Origin: Desulfosudaceae bacterium
GTDB lineage: Bacteria > Desulfobacterota > Desulfobacteria > Desulfobacterales > Desulfosudaceae
Direction: 5' to 3'
Length of the DNA stretch: 64,000 nucleotides
Assembly: GCA_963674745.2 (NCBI GenBank)
Contig: CAXXDV010000003.1
Span: forward strand, 672,001-736,000
Under the pieces are notes generated by a model. That model searched no databases, was not told the origin of the DNA, and saw only the letters and a program-made list of their open reading frames with translations. A program made the translations under genes and the position numbers. Numbering within the stretch: the first letter of the stretch is position 1; each line of letters begins with the position of its first letter. This document shows positions 17,389-27,098 of the stretch, in pieces.

Positions 17389-18435
17389 ATGAAGAAAGTT
17401 TTTTTGTTGCTGCTCGTTTTTTCGTTGCTGTGCTACGGGTGTAAGGAAAGCGAAAAAGAAGATGCGCAGGTCCTGCCCATCCCCGTCAAGGTGCGCAAGA
17501 TCGAAACAAGTGTTCTGACAAACACCATCCGTCTGACAGGTACCATCCGTCCCCGGGAGAAAGCGGGGCTGTCATTCAAGGTGCCGGGCCGGATTGCGGA
17601 TATACTGGTCGATGAAGGCGACCGGATCGGCAAAGGCGATGTGGTGGCCCTGCTGGAAGCTAATGATTACGAGCTGAACGTCAAAATGGCGGAAGCGCAA
17701 GTTAAAGCCCTGGCCCCGGAATACCAGCGGCAGCGGTCCCTGCTCAAGGATAAAGCCATTACCCAGGCCGAGTTCGAGCAGTTTGAAGCCCAGTACAAGG
17801 TGGCCACCTATAAATTGAACCTGGCCAGAAACAACCTGAAGGACTGCCAATTAAAAGCGCCTTTCGACGGCGAGATCGCCCGGCGCCAGGCCGATTCCGG
17901 TGAACTGGCTGCGCCTGACCGGGTCATCGTTCTATTAATGGATATGAGCGGGGTGGAGGCGGAGATCGGCGTGCCCGACCTTGATATCAACCGGTTTAAA
18001 CTGGGTGAGGAAGTGGCTTTTACCATGAGCGCGTTTCCGGAAAAAAAGTTTACCGGCAAAGTCGTACTCATCGGTTCCATGCCGGATCCGGTTTCCAGAA
18101 CCTATCGGGTCCGGGTCAGCCTGCCCAATCCGGGCGGCCTGCTCAAGGCCGGCATGATCGTGACCATGAATTTTAAGATCAAAAACGGGGGGAAGAAACT
18201 GGCCGGCGCACCGCTTTCCGCCATTCTTCATTCGGTTGACGCCGGTCCGTACGTATTTGTGGTCAAAGACGGTAAGGCCGTCAAAAAGGATATTGTCCTC
18301 GGTCCCATGTTTCAGAAGCTGGTGGGAGTGGAAAGCGGTCTGGAAGATGGTGACATGCTGATCGTCGAGGGACAGCATTACGTCCGGCCCGGACAGCAAA
18401 TCAAGATTATGAACCAGACGACCCAGGCAGGTTGA
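17389..18435 (+). CDS. RND efflux periplasmic adaptor (MFP), lipoprotein
   Basis: Lipobox-like CYGC; FKVPGRI, LKAPFDG, DPVSRTY, LKAGM, SGLEDGD. Confidence 0.92.
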   Translation: MKKVFLLLLVFSLLCYGCKESEKEDAQVLPIPVKVRKIETSVLTNTIRLTGTIRPREKAGLSFKVPGRIADILVDEGDRIGKGDVVALLEANDYELNVKMAEAQVKALAPEYQRQRSLLKDKAITQAEFEQFEAQYKVATYKLNLARNNLKDCQLKAPFDGEIARRQADSGELAAPDRVIVLLMDMSGVEAEIGVPDLDINRFKLGEEVAFTMSAFPEKKFTGKVVLIGSMPDPVSRTYRVRVSLPNPGGLLKAGMIVTMNFKIKNGGKKLAGAPLSAILHSVDAGPYVFVVKDGKAVKKDIVLGPMFQKLVGVESGLEDGDMLIVEGQHYVRPGQQIKIMNQTTQAG

Positions 18436-18436
18436 T

Positions 18437-21400
18437 ATGAACATCCCCAAAGCGTCCATTCAAAGAGGGCCGGCCCTGATCGTGGCCGTTGTCCTGATCG
18501 TCATCTGGGGTATTTTCGGGTACCGGGATATCCCCAAAAGAGAATACCCGGAAGTTGATTTCCCGGCCTGCAACATCATAACGATCTGGCCGGGTGCTTC
18601 ACCTGAAAAGGTGGAACAGCTTATCAGCGAGAAAATAGAGGACGCGGCCGGCAAGGCGGAAAATATCGAAAAAACCGTTTCCTGGAGCCGGACGGGTATC
18701 AGTATTGTTTTTGCCTATGTCGACACCGACAAATTGTTTCTGGACAAGCAGAAGATCTGGGACGAAGTCAAGGAAGAGGTGGACCGGGTCCGGGATGAGA
18801 TGCCCGAGGGAATTTATTTCGGGCCTTTTGTGAACGACCGCTTTTCCGAAGTAAAATCCATGCTCATTTCACTGTCTTCGGACGAAAGGTCTTATCCGGA
18901 GCTGATCGATTACGCCGAAAGTCTGTCCGATGAATTAACCTATCTTGATACCGTAAACCGGTCGGAAATTTCCGGAAATACCCGGGAAGTGATTTATCTT
19001 GTTTCAACCGAGCGTTTTAATGAATACGGTGTCCATCTTCTGGATGTCATGCGCGCCCTTTCCGCGCGAAACATCACCATGAGCGGCGGAATCCTGAGCC
19101 TTTCCGGCAATGAAATGATTATCGAGCCTTCGGGTGAGTTCAACAGCCTGTCTGAAATCGGTGACGTGGTTATCAATGTCAGCCCGGAAACCGGCCATGC
19201 CGTGTACCTGAGGGACCTGTTTACCATCAGGCGGGGACTGGAAGACCCGCCCGACCAGATGGCCCATGTCAACGGCAAACGGGCGATCCTGGTGGATGTG
19301 GAGCTGAAAAAAGGGGAGAACGTCATCCGCATGGGCGAGCAGGTGGAAGAAATGCTCGAGCGGGCGAAAAAGACGTTTCCTTCGGACGTAAATATCAATG
19401 TGGTGGTCAGCCAGGCTGAGGTTGTGTCTGAAAAACTGAGTGAATTTTCCAGGAACCTCTATCAGGGCATTATCCTTGTTTTGGCGGTGGCCCTTTTATC
19501 CATCGGCATCAGGCCGGCCGTTATCATGGCTGTGGCCATTCCCCTGTCTCTTTTATTTACCTTTGGTGTTCTGCCCGTCATGGGACGTGACATGGAAAAC
19601 ATGGTCATCACCGGACTGATCGTGGCCCTGGGGATGATCGTGGACAATGCCGTGGTGATTACCGAAAATATCGACCGTTATATGCAAATGGGGTATGACA
19701 AAGTTCGTGCCGCCTGGACCGGAACCGGCGAGGTGGCCATCCCCATGCTCAGCGCCACGGCCACGACCATCGCGGCTTTCGGACCGCTGGCCTTTATCCC
19801 CGGAACCGTGGGCGAGTTCATCGTCTCCATTCCCCTGGTGGTGATCATTGCCTTGAGTGCTTCTTACGCCATTGCCATTACCATTACCCCCTGGATGTGT
19901 TCCCGTATCCTTGTCGCCAGAGAGGTCGAGCAGAAACCGGAGAAATCAGCCATAAACGAACAACTGCCCGGTTTTTGGGGCAGAATCGGTCGCGTTTACA
20001 ATACTGTGATCGGCGTTTCATTAAAGCGGCCGAAACTGGTGATCATGGCGGCCCTGCTTGTTTTTATTGTCTCCCTGATGTTGATTCCCAGGCTGGGGAT
20101 GCAGTTTTTTCCCCTGGCGCAGAAAGACCTTTTTTTAATCGAAGTCTGGGCGCCGGAGGGTACCAATGTCGATAAAACCAGAGAAATCGCCGCGCAGGCA
20201 GAGGATATTTTAAAGGAAGAAAAGAAGATTAAATCCTTTGTAACCTATACCGGTATCGGTTCACCCCGGATTGAACTCGGTGTCATACAGCAGAACCTGA
20301 CGCCCAATTATGCCATGATCTGGGTGAAAACGCACGACTGGCATGAAACCAACGACCTGGTGCCGGAGATAAGAGAGAAAATAAGAAGAAACGTGGTCGG
20401 TGCCCGGGTGGAAACAAAACTTCTGGAAACCGGCCCGCCGGTCGGGGCACCGGTGTCCATAGAGATCCAGGGGGAAGATATCGATATTTTGAGAGGCCTC
20501 TCCGAACAGGTCCAGCAGTTGATTGCCGGACAGAAAGGGGTTTTTGCCATTCATGACGATTTCGGGACCAACGCCTACAAGATCAGCGGTGATTTTGACG
20601 AGGACGAAATAAAAAGGATCGGCCTGACCAACCAGGAAATCGCCCTGTCGCTGATGGCCAATTTTTCCGGGCTGCATGTCACCAATTTCAGAGAGGACGA
20701 CAAGACCATTCCGATCAAGCTGAAAGCCGCCGATTACCTGATTGATGACTTTAATGACCTGGCCGAAACCCGGGTGCGTTCGTCTCTTACCCAAAAAGAA
20801 ATTGCCATAAAGCAGGTGGCAAAAATTACGGCCCGGCCCTATGTGCCGGTGATCCGCCACAAAAACGGCAAAAGAACCTTAAAAGTCAACGCCTTTGTGG
20901 AAGAAGGGGTTCTGGCCGATACTATTCTTAAGAATATCTGGCCGGACATCGAGAAGCTGGAAATACCGGAAGGTTATCATCTGAAAAAGGCCGGTGAGTT
21001 TGAAGAGCGCGAAAAGGCTTTCGGCCGTATTTCCCGGGCTTTCATGAATGCGATCCTGCTCATGCTGCTGGTGCTGATGATCAATTTCAACTCCGTTAAA
21101 AAGACCCTGATTATTTTTTCCACCATACCCCTTTCCCTGGTCGGTTCGGTAACCGGGTTGTTTGTCACGGGTTACCCTTTCGGTTTCATGGCGTTTCTGG
21201 GGGTGGTGGCCTTAAGCGGGATTGTGGTCAATAACGCCATTATCCTGATTGATTTTATCGATAAAAGAATAAAGGATGGTGAAAAGCCGTCGTCTGCCAT
21301 CCGGAACGCAGGGCGGTTAAGAATGCGGCCGATTTTTGTGACAACCGCCACCACCATGGGCGGCATGCTGCCCCTGGGCCTGGCCGGCGGGCCGCTTTTC

Positions 21401-21523
21401 GCGCCCATGGCCTGGGTGATTATTTTCGGTTTGGCCGCTTCCACGGTACTGACCCTGATCGTGGTGCCTAATTTATATTATGTGCTGATCGGTAAGAAAC
21501 TCGAAAGTGCCATGGCGGTTTAG
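18437..21523 (+). CDS. RND efflux transporter permease (AcrB family)
   Basis: 1028 aa; PGASPEKVE, LGMIVDNAVV, GIVVNNAIIL, RMRPIFVT motifs. Confidence 0.95.
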   Translation: MNIPKASIQRGPALIVAVVLIVIWGIFGYRDIPKREYPEVDFPACNIITIWPGASPEKVEQLISEKIEDAAGKAENIEKTVSWSRTGISIVFAYVDTDKLFLDKQKIWDEVKEEVDRVRDEMPEGIYFGPFVNDRFSEVKSMLISLSSDERSYPELIDYAESLSDELTYLDTVNRSEISGNTREVIYLVSTERFNEYGVHLLDVMRALSARNITMSGGILSLSGNEMIIEPSGEFNSLSEIGDVVINVSPETGHAVYLRDLFTIRRGLEDPPDQMAHVNGKRAILVDVELKKGENVIRMGEQVEEMLERAKKTFPSDVNINVVVSQAEVVSEKLSEFSRNLYQGIILVLAVALLSIGIRPAVIMAVAIPLSLLFTFGVLPVMGRDMENMVITGLIVALGMIVDNAVVITENIDRYMQMGYDKVRAAWTGTGEVAIPMLSATATTIAAFGPLAFIPGTVGEFIVSIPLVVIIALSASYAIAITITPWMCSRILVAREVEQKPEKSAINEQLPGFWGRIGRVYNTVIGVSLKRPKLVIMAALLVFIVSLMLIPRLGMQFFPLAQKDLFLIEVWAPEGTNVDKTREIAAQAEDILKEEKKIKSFVTYTGIGSPRIELGVIQQNLTPNYAMIWVKTHDWHETNDLVPEIREKIRRNVVGARVETKLLETGPPVGAPVSIEIQGEDIDILRGLSEQVQQLIAGQKGVFAIHDDFGTNAYKISGDFDEDEIKRIGLTNQEIALSLMANFSGLHVTNFREDDKTIPIKLKAADYLIDDFNDLAETRVRSSLTQKEIAIKQVAKITARPYVPVIRHKNGKRTLKVNAFVEEGVLADTILKNIWPDIEKLEIPEGYHLKKAGEFEEREKAFGRISRAFMNAILLMLLVLMINFNSVKKTLIIFSTIPLSLVGSVTGLFVTGYPFGFMAFLGVVALSGIVVNNAIILIDFIDKRIKDGEKPSSAIRNAGRLRMRPIFVTTATTMGGMLPLGLAGGPLFAPMAWVIIFGLAASTVLTLIVVPNLYYVLIGKKLESAMAV

Positions 21524-21594
21524 CCGGATATGTCACGAGTTGATTCGGACCCGATCTCCCGGTTCTTTCAGCAAGTCGTGGTACGCGAATTTCT

Positions 21595-21634
21595 GTAGGG
21601 GCACGGCGTGCCGTGCCCGATTGTGAATTACGTC
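21595..21634. repeat. GTAG-type REP with extended tail
   Basis: GTAGGGGCACGGCGTGCCGTGCCCGATTGTGAATTACGTC. Confidence 0.88.
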
Positions 21635-21904
21635 ACAGTTACTTCCCAGTCTGGTTTTATGCATTTGTTGTCAGGCGTTGTCACTGCCCGATTAAATTCA
21701 TGTTTTTGATTCAACCGGCTGCTTTTCATTGCATATTCCTTTTAATATTAAAAATATACAGTAGTACAAAAGTTGCAGCCGTCCGCCAGAATAAAAATTT
21801 TACCTGTGGTGTATAGGCGCATTTATTACTTGACTGGTCGGTCTATTCGTGCCAGATTGATTATCAGTAATTCACTTTGGTTTGTATGTTATACAGGGGG
21901 GGAA

Positions 21905-22258
21905 ATGGAAAAAAAAGTTGAATGGATCCGTCACAAAGACAAACGTATTCTGTGCACCAATTATTCCGGTTTAAATGATGACGAGTATTGCCGGACTGCG
22001 GATGAAGCCCGACGGATTCTGGAAAAAGAGCCGGAAAATTCCGTATTGTGCATGGCCATTGTTGACTCCGGAAAGGTGAACGAGCGGATCCGTCAGAAAG
22101 CCAAAGAGCAGAGAGAGGCCACAAGGAAATACTTAAAAGCGTTGGCCGCCGTGGGCATGAAGGGGCCGGCCAAGATCCTGGCCCAATTGATCTATCGGGA
22201 CGTCAATTTCTTCAATAATACTGAAGAAGCAATGGACTGGCTGGCGGCTCAGGAATGA
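21905..22258 (+). CDS. Small cytoplasmic protein, possibly STAS/SEC14 (SpoIIAA-like) fold
   Basis: G-rich SD then MEKKVEWIRHK; C-terminal FFNNTEEAMDWL is typical of this fold group. Confidence 0.6.
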   Translation: MEKKVEWIRHKDKRILCTNYSGLNDDEYCRTADEARRILEKEPENSVLCMAIVDSGKVNERIRQKAKEQREATRKYLKALAAVGMKGPAKILAQLIYRDVNFFNNTEEAMDWLAAQE

Positions 22259-22354
22259 GGTCTTGTGTCGTTTCCGCCGGTTGCGCTCTAATCTCTCACG
22301 GACTGCTATCGTAGCGCCAGGCTTTTGCCGTCTGCCGGAACCTTTTCTCTTCAG

Positions 22355-22570
22355 CTAAACGCCTTGTTCATCAAGAAACCCGACCAGTGTACGATGCCAG
22401 TGATCGGTCTGCTCCAGATAGCAGGGGTGAGGTGCGTCCTTCAGAAACACCGGTGATGTGATCCCCTCCTGTTTGAGTAATTCATAAACCAGGTCAACCG
22501 GCGAAGCCGGGCAGGATGGCGAGCGGCCGAATCCCGGCATATCCAGGGCATGTACCCGGTAACCGGGCCA
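22355..22570 (-). pseudogene. Alpha/beta-hydrolase remnant with N-terminal loss and internal deletion
   Basis: GYRVHALDMPGFGRS joined after about 25 aa to FLKDAPHPCYLEQTDHWH..L.FL; nucleophile Ser and acid regions absent. Confidence 0.7.
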
Positions 22571-22721
22571 GTTGTTAAACTGCCGTTCGGTAGGCGCCGG
22601 CACTGCGTTCAAGGGAGGGAATGTAAACGTATTTTGTATTGACAGACAGAGACCGCCTATGCGATAGATAGTCGCCATATAAGCACTCCGCTTATATGGC
22701 TCCTGCCCGGATATTTTCCAT

Positions 22722-24146
22722 ATGAATGATATGACATCGTCAAAAGCGAAAGAGATGCTTTTGTCCGTCAGCCAGGGCGCTGTCGGCCTTTTTGTCAGCA
22801 TTGTCAGCCTGGTTATCATAGAGCGGACGTATGGCGAAAAAGGTCTGGGCACTTTCTCTTTTCTGATTTCCCTTTACATTCTTTCGGGATTTATCACCGA
22901 ATTCGGTATGGCCGGTCTGGTTGAACGGGAAACGGCCATCAACAGCGGCAGAAAAGAGATCCTTTTGCGGGAAGCCTACTGCGCCCTTTTCTGGTGGGGC
23001 TTTTTGTTTACTGTTCTGTTTGTCCTGACAGCCGTCTACGATGCCTCCTGGACAAAAGTTGATGAAAAACGTATGGCTTATCTGATCATTGCCTTAACCT
23101 TCCCCATCAGAAACCTCAACAAACTCAGGCTGGCCGTTCTAGACGGCAGTAAACATCACGACCAGGCGGCCATGTTGCGGCTGCAAAAGCATCTGATATT
23201 TATTTTTGCGGTTTTCTGGCTGGCACTGATTGAAATTCCCGTCTCCTTTCTGACCCTGGGGTTTCTGGCTGCTGAGATCGGACAGGCCGGTTTTGCAAAA
23301 AAACACCTTCGGCTGCCGCCGCTGTCAAACCTGTGGCGTCCGTTTGGGGCCATACCCCGGACGCTGAAACAGGGATATCAATATATTTTTACTGACGAAG
23401 CACTGGATGTGGTTCTGTACATGGACTTTTTTATCCTTGGCTTTTTTGTTTCGTCGTGGAATCTGGGGATTTATGCCGAAGCCTCGGTGCTGGTGAAGAT
23501 TTTTTTGCTGATCCCCATGTGTTTGAAGCCCATTTACCGGGAGAGCTATTGCGAGCAGGCCGCCCTGGAATGTCATGAAGATCTGGCCGCCCGGGTGCGA
23601 CGGACATCGACCTGGATTTTTTTTCTTCACGCCCTCGTCGGGCTGTATATGCTGATATATTATCCCAGGGTGATCAACTGTCTGTTTGATTTTCACGGAC
23701 AGCGGGAAATCTCTTTCCGGTTGTTTGCCACCCTGCTGCCCGGTCTGCTCTATTTTTCTGCTGTTATTGTCAGGGAACCGGTTTATGAGGCCGTGGGCCG
23801 ATCCGGGGCACTTCAGCAGATCATTATTTTAATCGCCGTTGTGAATGCGGTTCTTAATTTTTATTTTATTCCCTTTGCCGGTCATTTTGGGGCCGCTTTT
23901 TCAACCGCCACGGCCCTGCTGGTTTATTTCTTTGTTTTTGATTACGATCTCGATCCGGTATATAAAACCGATCGAATGCTATATATTGTCGCCGGTGCCG
24001 CCATTTACCTGATTTATATGTTGTTTTCACATGTCAAGGTGAAGCCCGCCATCAGTTTCTGGTTGATTCCGGCGGTGTTGTTTGTGTTGCTGGTGTTGAC
24101 CGGGTTCTTTACGACTGGAAACAAAGAAGAGGGAAAAAACCCTTGA
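22722..24146 (+). CDS. Wzx/MOP-superfamily oligosaccharide flippase-like protein
   Basis: Many TM segments; RTYGEKGLGTF, MDFFILG..LGIY, NAVLNFYFIP.AGHFGAA motifs. Confidence 0.8.
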   Translation: MNDMTSSKAKEMLLSVSQGAVGLFVSIVSLVIIERTYGEKGLGTFSFLISLYILSGFITEFGMAGLVERETAINSGRKEILLREAYCALFWWGFLFTVLFVLTAVYDASWTKVDEKRMAYLIIALTFPIRNLNKLRLAVLDGSKHHDQAAMLRLQKHLIFIFAVFWLALIEIPVSFLTLGFLAAEIGQAGFAKKHLRLPPLSNLWRPFGAIPRTLKQGYQYIFTDEALDVVLYMDFFILGFFVSSWNLGIYAEASVLVKIFLLIPMCLKPIYRESYCEQAALECHEDLAARVRRTSTWIFFLHALVGLYMLIYYPRVINCLFDFHGQREISFRLFATLLPGLLYFSAVIVREPVYEAVGRSGALQQIIILIAVVNAVLNFYFIPFAGHFGAAFSTATALLVYFFVFDYDLDPVYKTDRMLYIVAGAAIYLIYMLFSHVKVKPAISFWLIPAVLFVLLVLTGFFTTGNKEEGKNP

Positions 24147-24177
24147 GCTTAAAAATCTATAGACAAGGAGCCAAACC

Positions 24178-25269
24178 ATGGAAGATCAAGAGGTCATTAA
24201 AAGGGTGCCTGAAATACCCCGGAATTTTAAAAGAATTAAAATCCCGAAGATCAGGATTTCGGGCAAGCTGGGATTGATTATCCTCTTTCTGGCGGTCATT
24301 GTCGTTCTTTACAATTCTTTTCTGGTTTATGTCGGTCCCAATGAGTACGGGATCAAACAGGTGAAAATCGGTACAAACCGGGGCATCCAGAAAAAGACTT
24401 TTACGCCGGGACTTCATATTATCATTCCGGTGTTTCAACGCATGCATTATCTGCCGAAAGATGCCCAGGTGTTGGAGCTGACCAATTATCCCGCTACCGC
24501 CTCCCGCTATGCGCGAAGGGAACGGGCGGCCCACATCCAGACATCGGACGGATTTTTTGTGGATGTCGATGTTTCCATCCTTTATCACATTGCAGATCCT
24601 TACAAGGTGTTCACCATGATCGGCCCGGGCACCCTGTTTGAAGACAACGGCATTATCCCCAAAACCGAACCGGCCTTAAAAGACACCCTTGGTAAGTTGA
24701 CCACCGAGGAGTTTTACAACAGCCCCCTGCGGGTCGAACGGGCTCTGGCGGCCAAGGAGAAACTGAACCAGGAGTTAAACGAAAAAGGCATTGCCGTTGA
24801 CCAGGTTCTGGTCCGGTATTTCAAATACAGTGATGAAATTCAGAAAAATATCGAAGAGAAAAAGTTAAAAGACCAGCTGGTGTTTAAGAATCAGGCCGAA
24901 GCCCGGGCGGCGACTGAAGAAGCCACGCTCAAAAAGATCGAGCAGGAAGGAAAAGTCAACGTATCAGTGGAGATGGAAAAAGGCAGCGCCTATGTTACCA
25001 GAAAGCGGGCGGAAAAAGACCTTTATGCCCGAAGTAAACGGGCGGAAGCCGATTTGCTGGTCAAACTGGCCGAAGCCGAGAAAGTCCGGCTTAAAAACGA
25101 GGCCCTTAAAGGCGCCGGCGCCGAGCGGATGGTCGGTCTTAAAATGGCTGAAGTGTATCAGGGCCTGGAACTGATCATCCTGCCCAGCGACGGCCCGTCC
25201 GGCGTCAACCCCCTGGATCTGGATAATGCCCTCAATCTGTTTGATGTCCGCAAAGGAGGTGCCAAATGA
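24178..25269 (+). CDS. SPFH (band 7/prohibitin) domain protein with N-terminal TM
   Basis: PGLH, QTSDGFFVDVDVSILY, coiled-coil C-terminus. Confidence 0.88.
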   Translation: MEDQEVIKRVPEIPRNFKRIKIPKIRISGKLGLIILFLAVIVVLYNSFLVYVGPNEYGIKQVKIGTNRGIQKKTFTPGLHIIIPVFQRMHYLPKDAQVLELTNYPATASRYARRERAAHIQTSDGFFVDVDVSILYHIADPYKVFTMIGPGTLFEDNGIIPKTEPALKDTLGKLTTEEFYNSPLRVERALAAKEKLNQELNEKGIAVDQVLVRYFKYSDEIQKNIEEKKLKDQLVFKNQAEARAATEEATLKKIEQEGKVNVSVEMEKGSAYVTRKRAEKDLYARSKRAEADLLVKLAEAEKVRLKNEALKGAGAERMVGLKMAEVYQGLELIILPSDGPSGVNPLDLDNALNLFDVRKGGAK

Positions 25270-26300
25270 GAAAAATGATGATTACCATAATGCTGTTGAT
25301 GATATTGCCATTAACGCAGGCCTGTGTCCCCCATACCACCGGTGAAACCGAAGTCGGGGTCCAGGTCAAGAAACTGGCTTTGTGGGGTGAAAAAGGCGTG
25401 TCCGACAGGATATTCTCTCCAGGTTCAACCTTCTTTTTTCTCCCCTTTATAAATGACTGGTACACCTTCGACACCAAACTGCAGAACATGGAAATGACCT
25501 TTCAGCGAACACGGGGCGACCGGCCCACCCAGGACGACCTGTTATTTAAAACCATCGACGGTAATGATATCGGTCTGGACGTGATTATCGCCTATCGCAT
25601 CATGCCGGAAAAGGCGCCCTATATTCTGCAGTATGTGGCTGAAAACGATGATACCCTGAGGGATAAAATCGTCAGGACCATTGCCCGCAGCAAACCCAGG
25701 GATATTTTCGGCGAACTGAAAACCGAAGATTTTTATATTGCCAAAAATCGTGAAGCCCAGGCTCAGGAAGTCAAGAAACAACTACAGGCCATGTTTGACC
25801 CCATGGGTGTTATCATTGAAAGGGTTTTGACTAAGGATTACCGGTTTAACCCGGCCTATCAGAAGGCCATTGAAGACAAGAAAGTGGCCGATCAGATGGT
25901 GGAAAAAAACCGCTCCGCCCAGCACGCCACGCAAGAGGAGTACCTGCGCAAATTGGAACAGGCCAAAGGCGAGGTCAATAAAATGGTGGCCGATATTGAC
26001 GGTGAATACCTGAAAGCCAAAATCGAAGTGGATGCCTACTATGAGAAGCAGAAGCTCATCGCCCAGGCTATAAAAGCCGAAGGTATTGCCGAGGCCCAGG
26101 GCATTCAGGAAATGAACACCGCCATGGCCAGCGCCGGCGGAGAGGCCTTTGTCAAACTGAGAATCGCCGAGTCCCTGCAGGGCAAGGAAATTTTTCTGCT
26201 GCCGGTTTCTGAAGGCGGAATGAACCTGAAAACCACCGACATCAATGACCTGATCAACACCATGGGGATTAAAAAACTGTCGGACAAAAGCAGGAAATGA
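25266..26300 (+). CDS. SPFH domain protein, probable lipoprotein
   Basis: Signal with LTQAC; KTIDGNDIGLDVIIAY; YQKAIEDK; ATGA overlap with the upstream gene. Confidence 0.88.
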   Translation: MRKMMITIMLLMILPLTQACVPHTTGETEVGVQVKKLALWGEKGVSDRIFSPGSTFFFLPFINDWYTFDTKLQNMEMTFQRTRGDRPTQDDLLFKTIDGNDIGLDVIIAYRIMPEKAPYILQYVAENDDTLRDKIVRTIARSKPRDIFGELKTEDFYIAKNREAQAQEVKKQLQAMFDPMGVIIERVLTKDYRFNPAYQKAIEDKKVADQMVEKNRSAQHATQEEYLRKLEQAKGEVNKMVADIDGEYLKAKIEVDAYYEKQKLIAQAIKAEGIAEAQGIQEMNTAMASAGGEAFVKLRIAESLQGKEIFLLPVSEGGMNLKTTDINDLINTMGIKKLSDKSRK

Positions 26301-26380
26301 TTGGATCGAACCGGTACCTCAAGGCGTGATGGTTGTAAACAATCTTCGGGTCCGTCAACCGGCTGTGCCCGGATTCGGCA

Positions 26381-26438
26381 GTAGGGGCACCCCCCTGTGG
26401 GTGCCCTTGCATCGTACGGCCACAGGGGCCGCCCCTGC
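26381..26438. repeat. GTAG-type REP doublet (second half degenerate) between convergent genes
   Basis: GTAGGGGCACCCCCCTGTGGGTGCCCTT...GGCCACAGGGGCCGCCCCTGC. Confidence 0.82.
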
Positions 26439-26478
26439 AATATCTAAGGTGACTCCTTCGCAGGGTGAAGTATTCGGT

Positions 26479-26934
26479 CTAACCGGGTGTGCCGGGATCC
26501 AGCAGTTTAAAGCCCAGGTCGGGTTCAAGACGTCTTATCGCGGTTGTGTCCAGTAATTCAAAAATAATGATTTCCAGGATCTGCCAGGTAATGACACCGC
26601 TTCGGATGCAGCCGGTGGTGGTTTGGCCTTCACGGCCGCAGGCCATGTGCATGTGCAGCATGGGAAGTCCTTCCTCGTCCGGGAACAATGTCCCCACGCC
26701 GGCGATTTCGTGAACATTATCCAGTAACCGTTGCATGGGGATGACCGGAGTGGCGCGCCCGTCTTCCGGGCCGACCACCAGTGCGCTGTACTGGTCAGCG
26801 CCGCCTACGGCGACCAGCGCTGCTGCGGTTATTCCCTTGTCCCGGGCAAAAGACTCAATCACCTGGTGAACGATTTCGCCGTCCTCCAAACGCAGGATAA
26901 AAATACGGCCCTGCCGGGCTTCTGAATATTTCAT
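26479..26934 (-). CDS. PPC-domain (DUF296) protein
   Basis: LRLEDGE, HEIAGVGT, LHMHMACG motifs. Confidence 0.88.
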   Translation of the reverse strand: MKYSEARQGRIFILRLEDGEIVHQVIESFARDKGITAAALVAVGGADQYSALVVGPEDGRATPVIPMQRLLDNVHEIAGVGTLFPDEEGLPMLHMHMACGREGQTTTGCIRSGVITWQILEIIIFELLDTTAIRRLEPDLGFKLLDPGTPG

Positions 26935-27098
26935 GGCGGACTCCTTATTACGTTCAATTGTTTTGAGACATTTTTATCATGAAACCGTATCGTTTTCCAG
27001 AGACATGTGTTGAAAAACAGGCGGTGGTATTCTATTATCAGTCCGTATCAAGAGGGGGACTTAGGTTATCCGGTAATAAAATGCAAGAAGGAGCAGCA

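Noticed and set aside
22260..22350. c-di-GMP (GEMM) riboswitch on the minus strand
   Set aside because: Only a GGCAAAA fragment; the paired GNRA/receptor architecture is absent and it lies between convergent gene ends.
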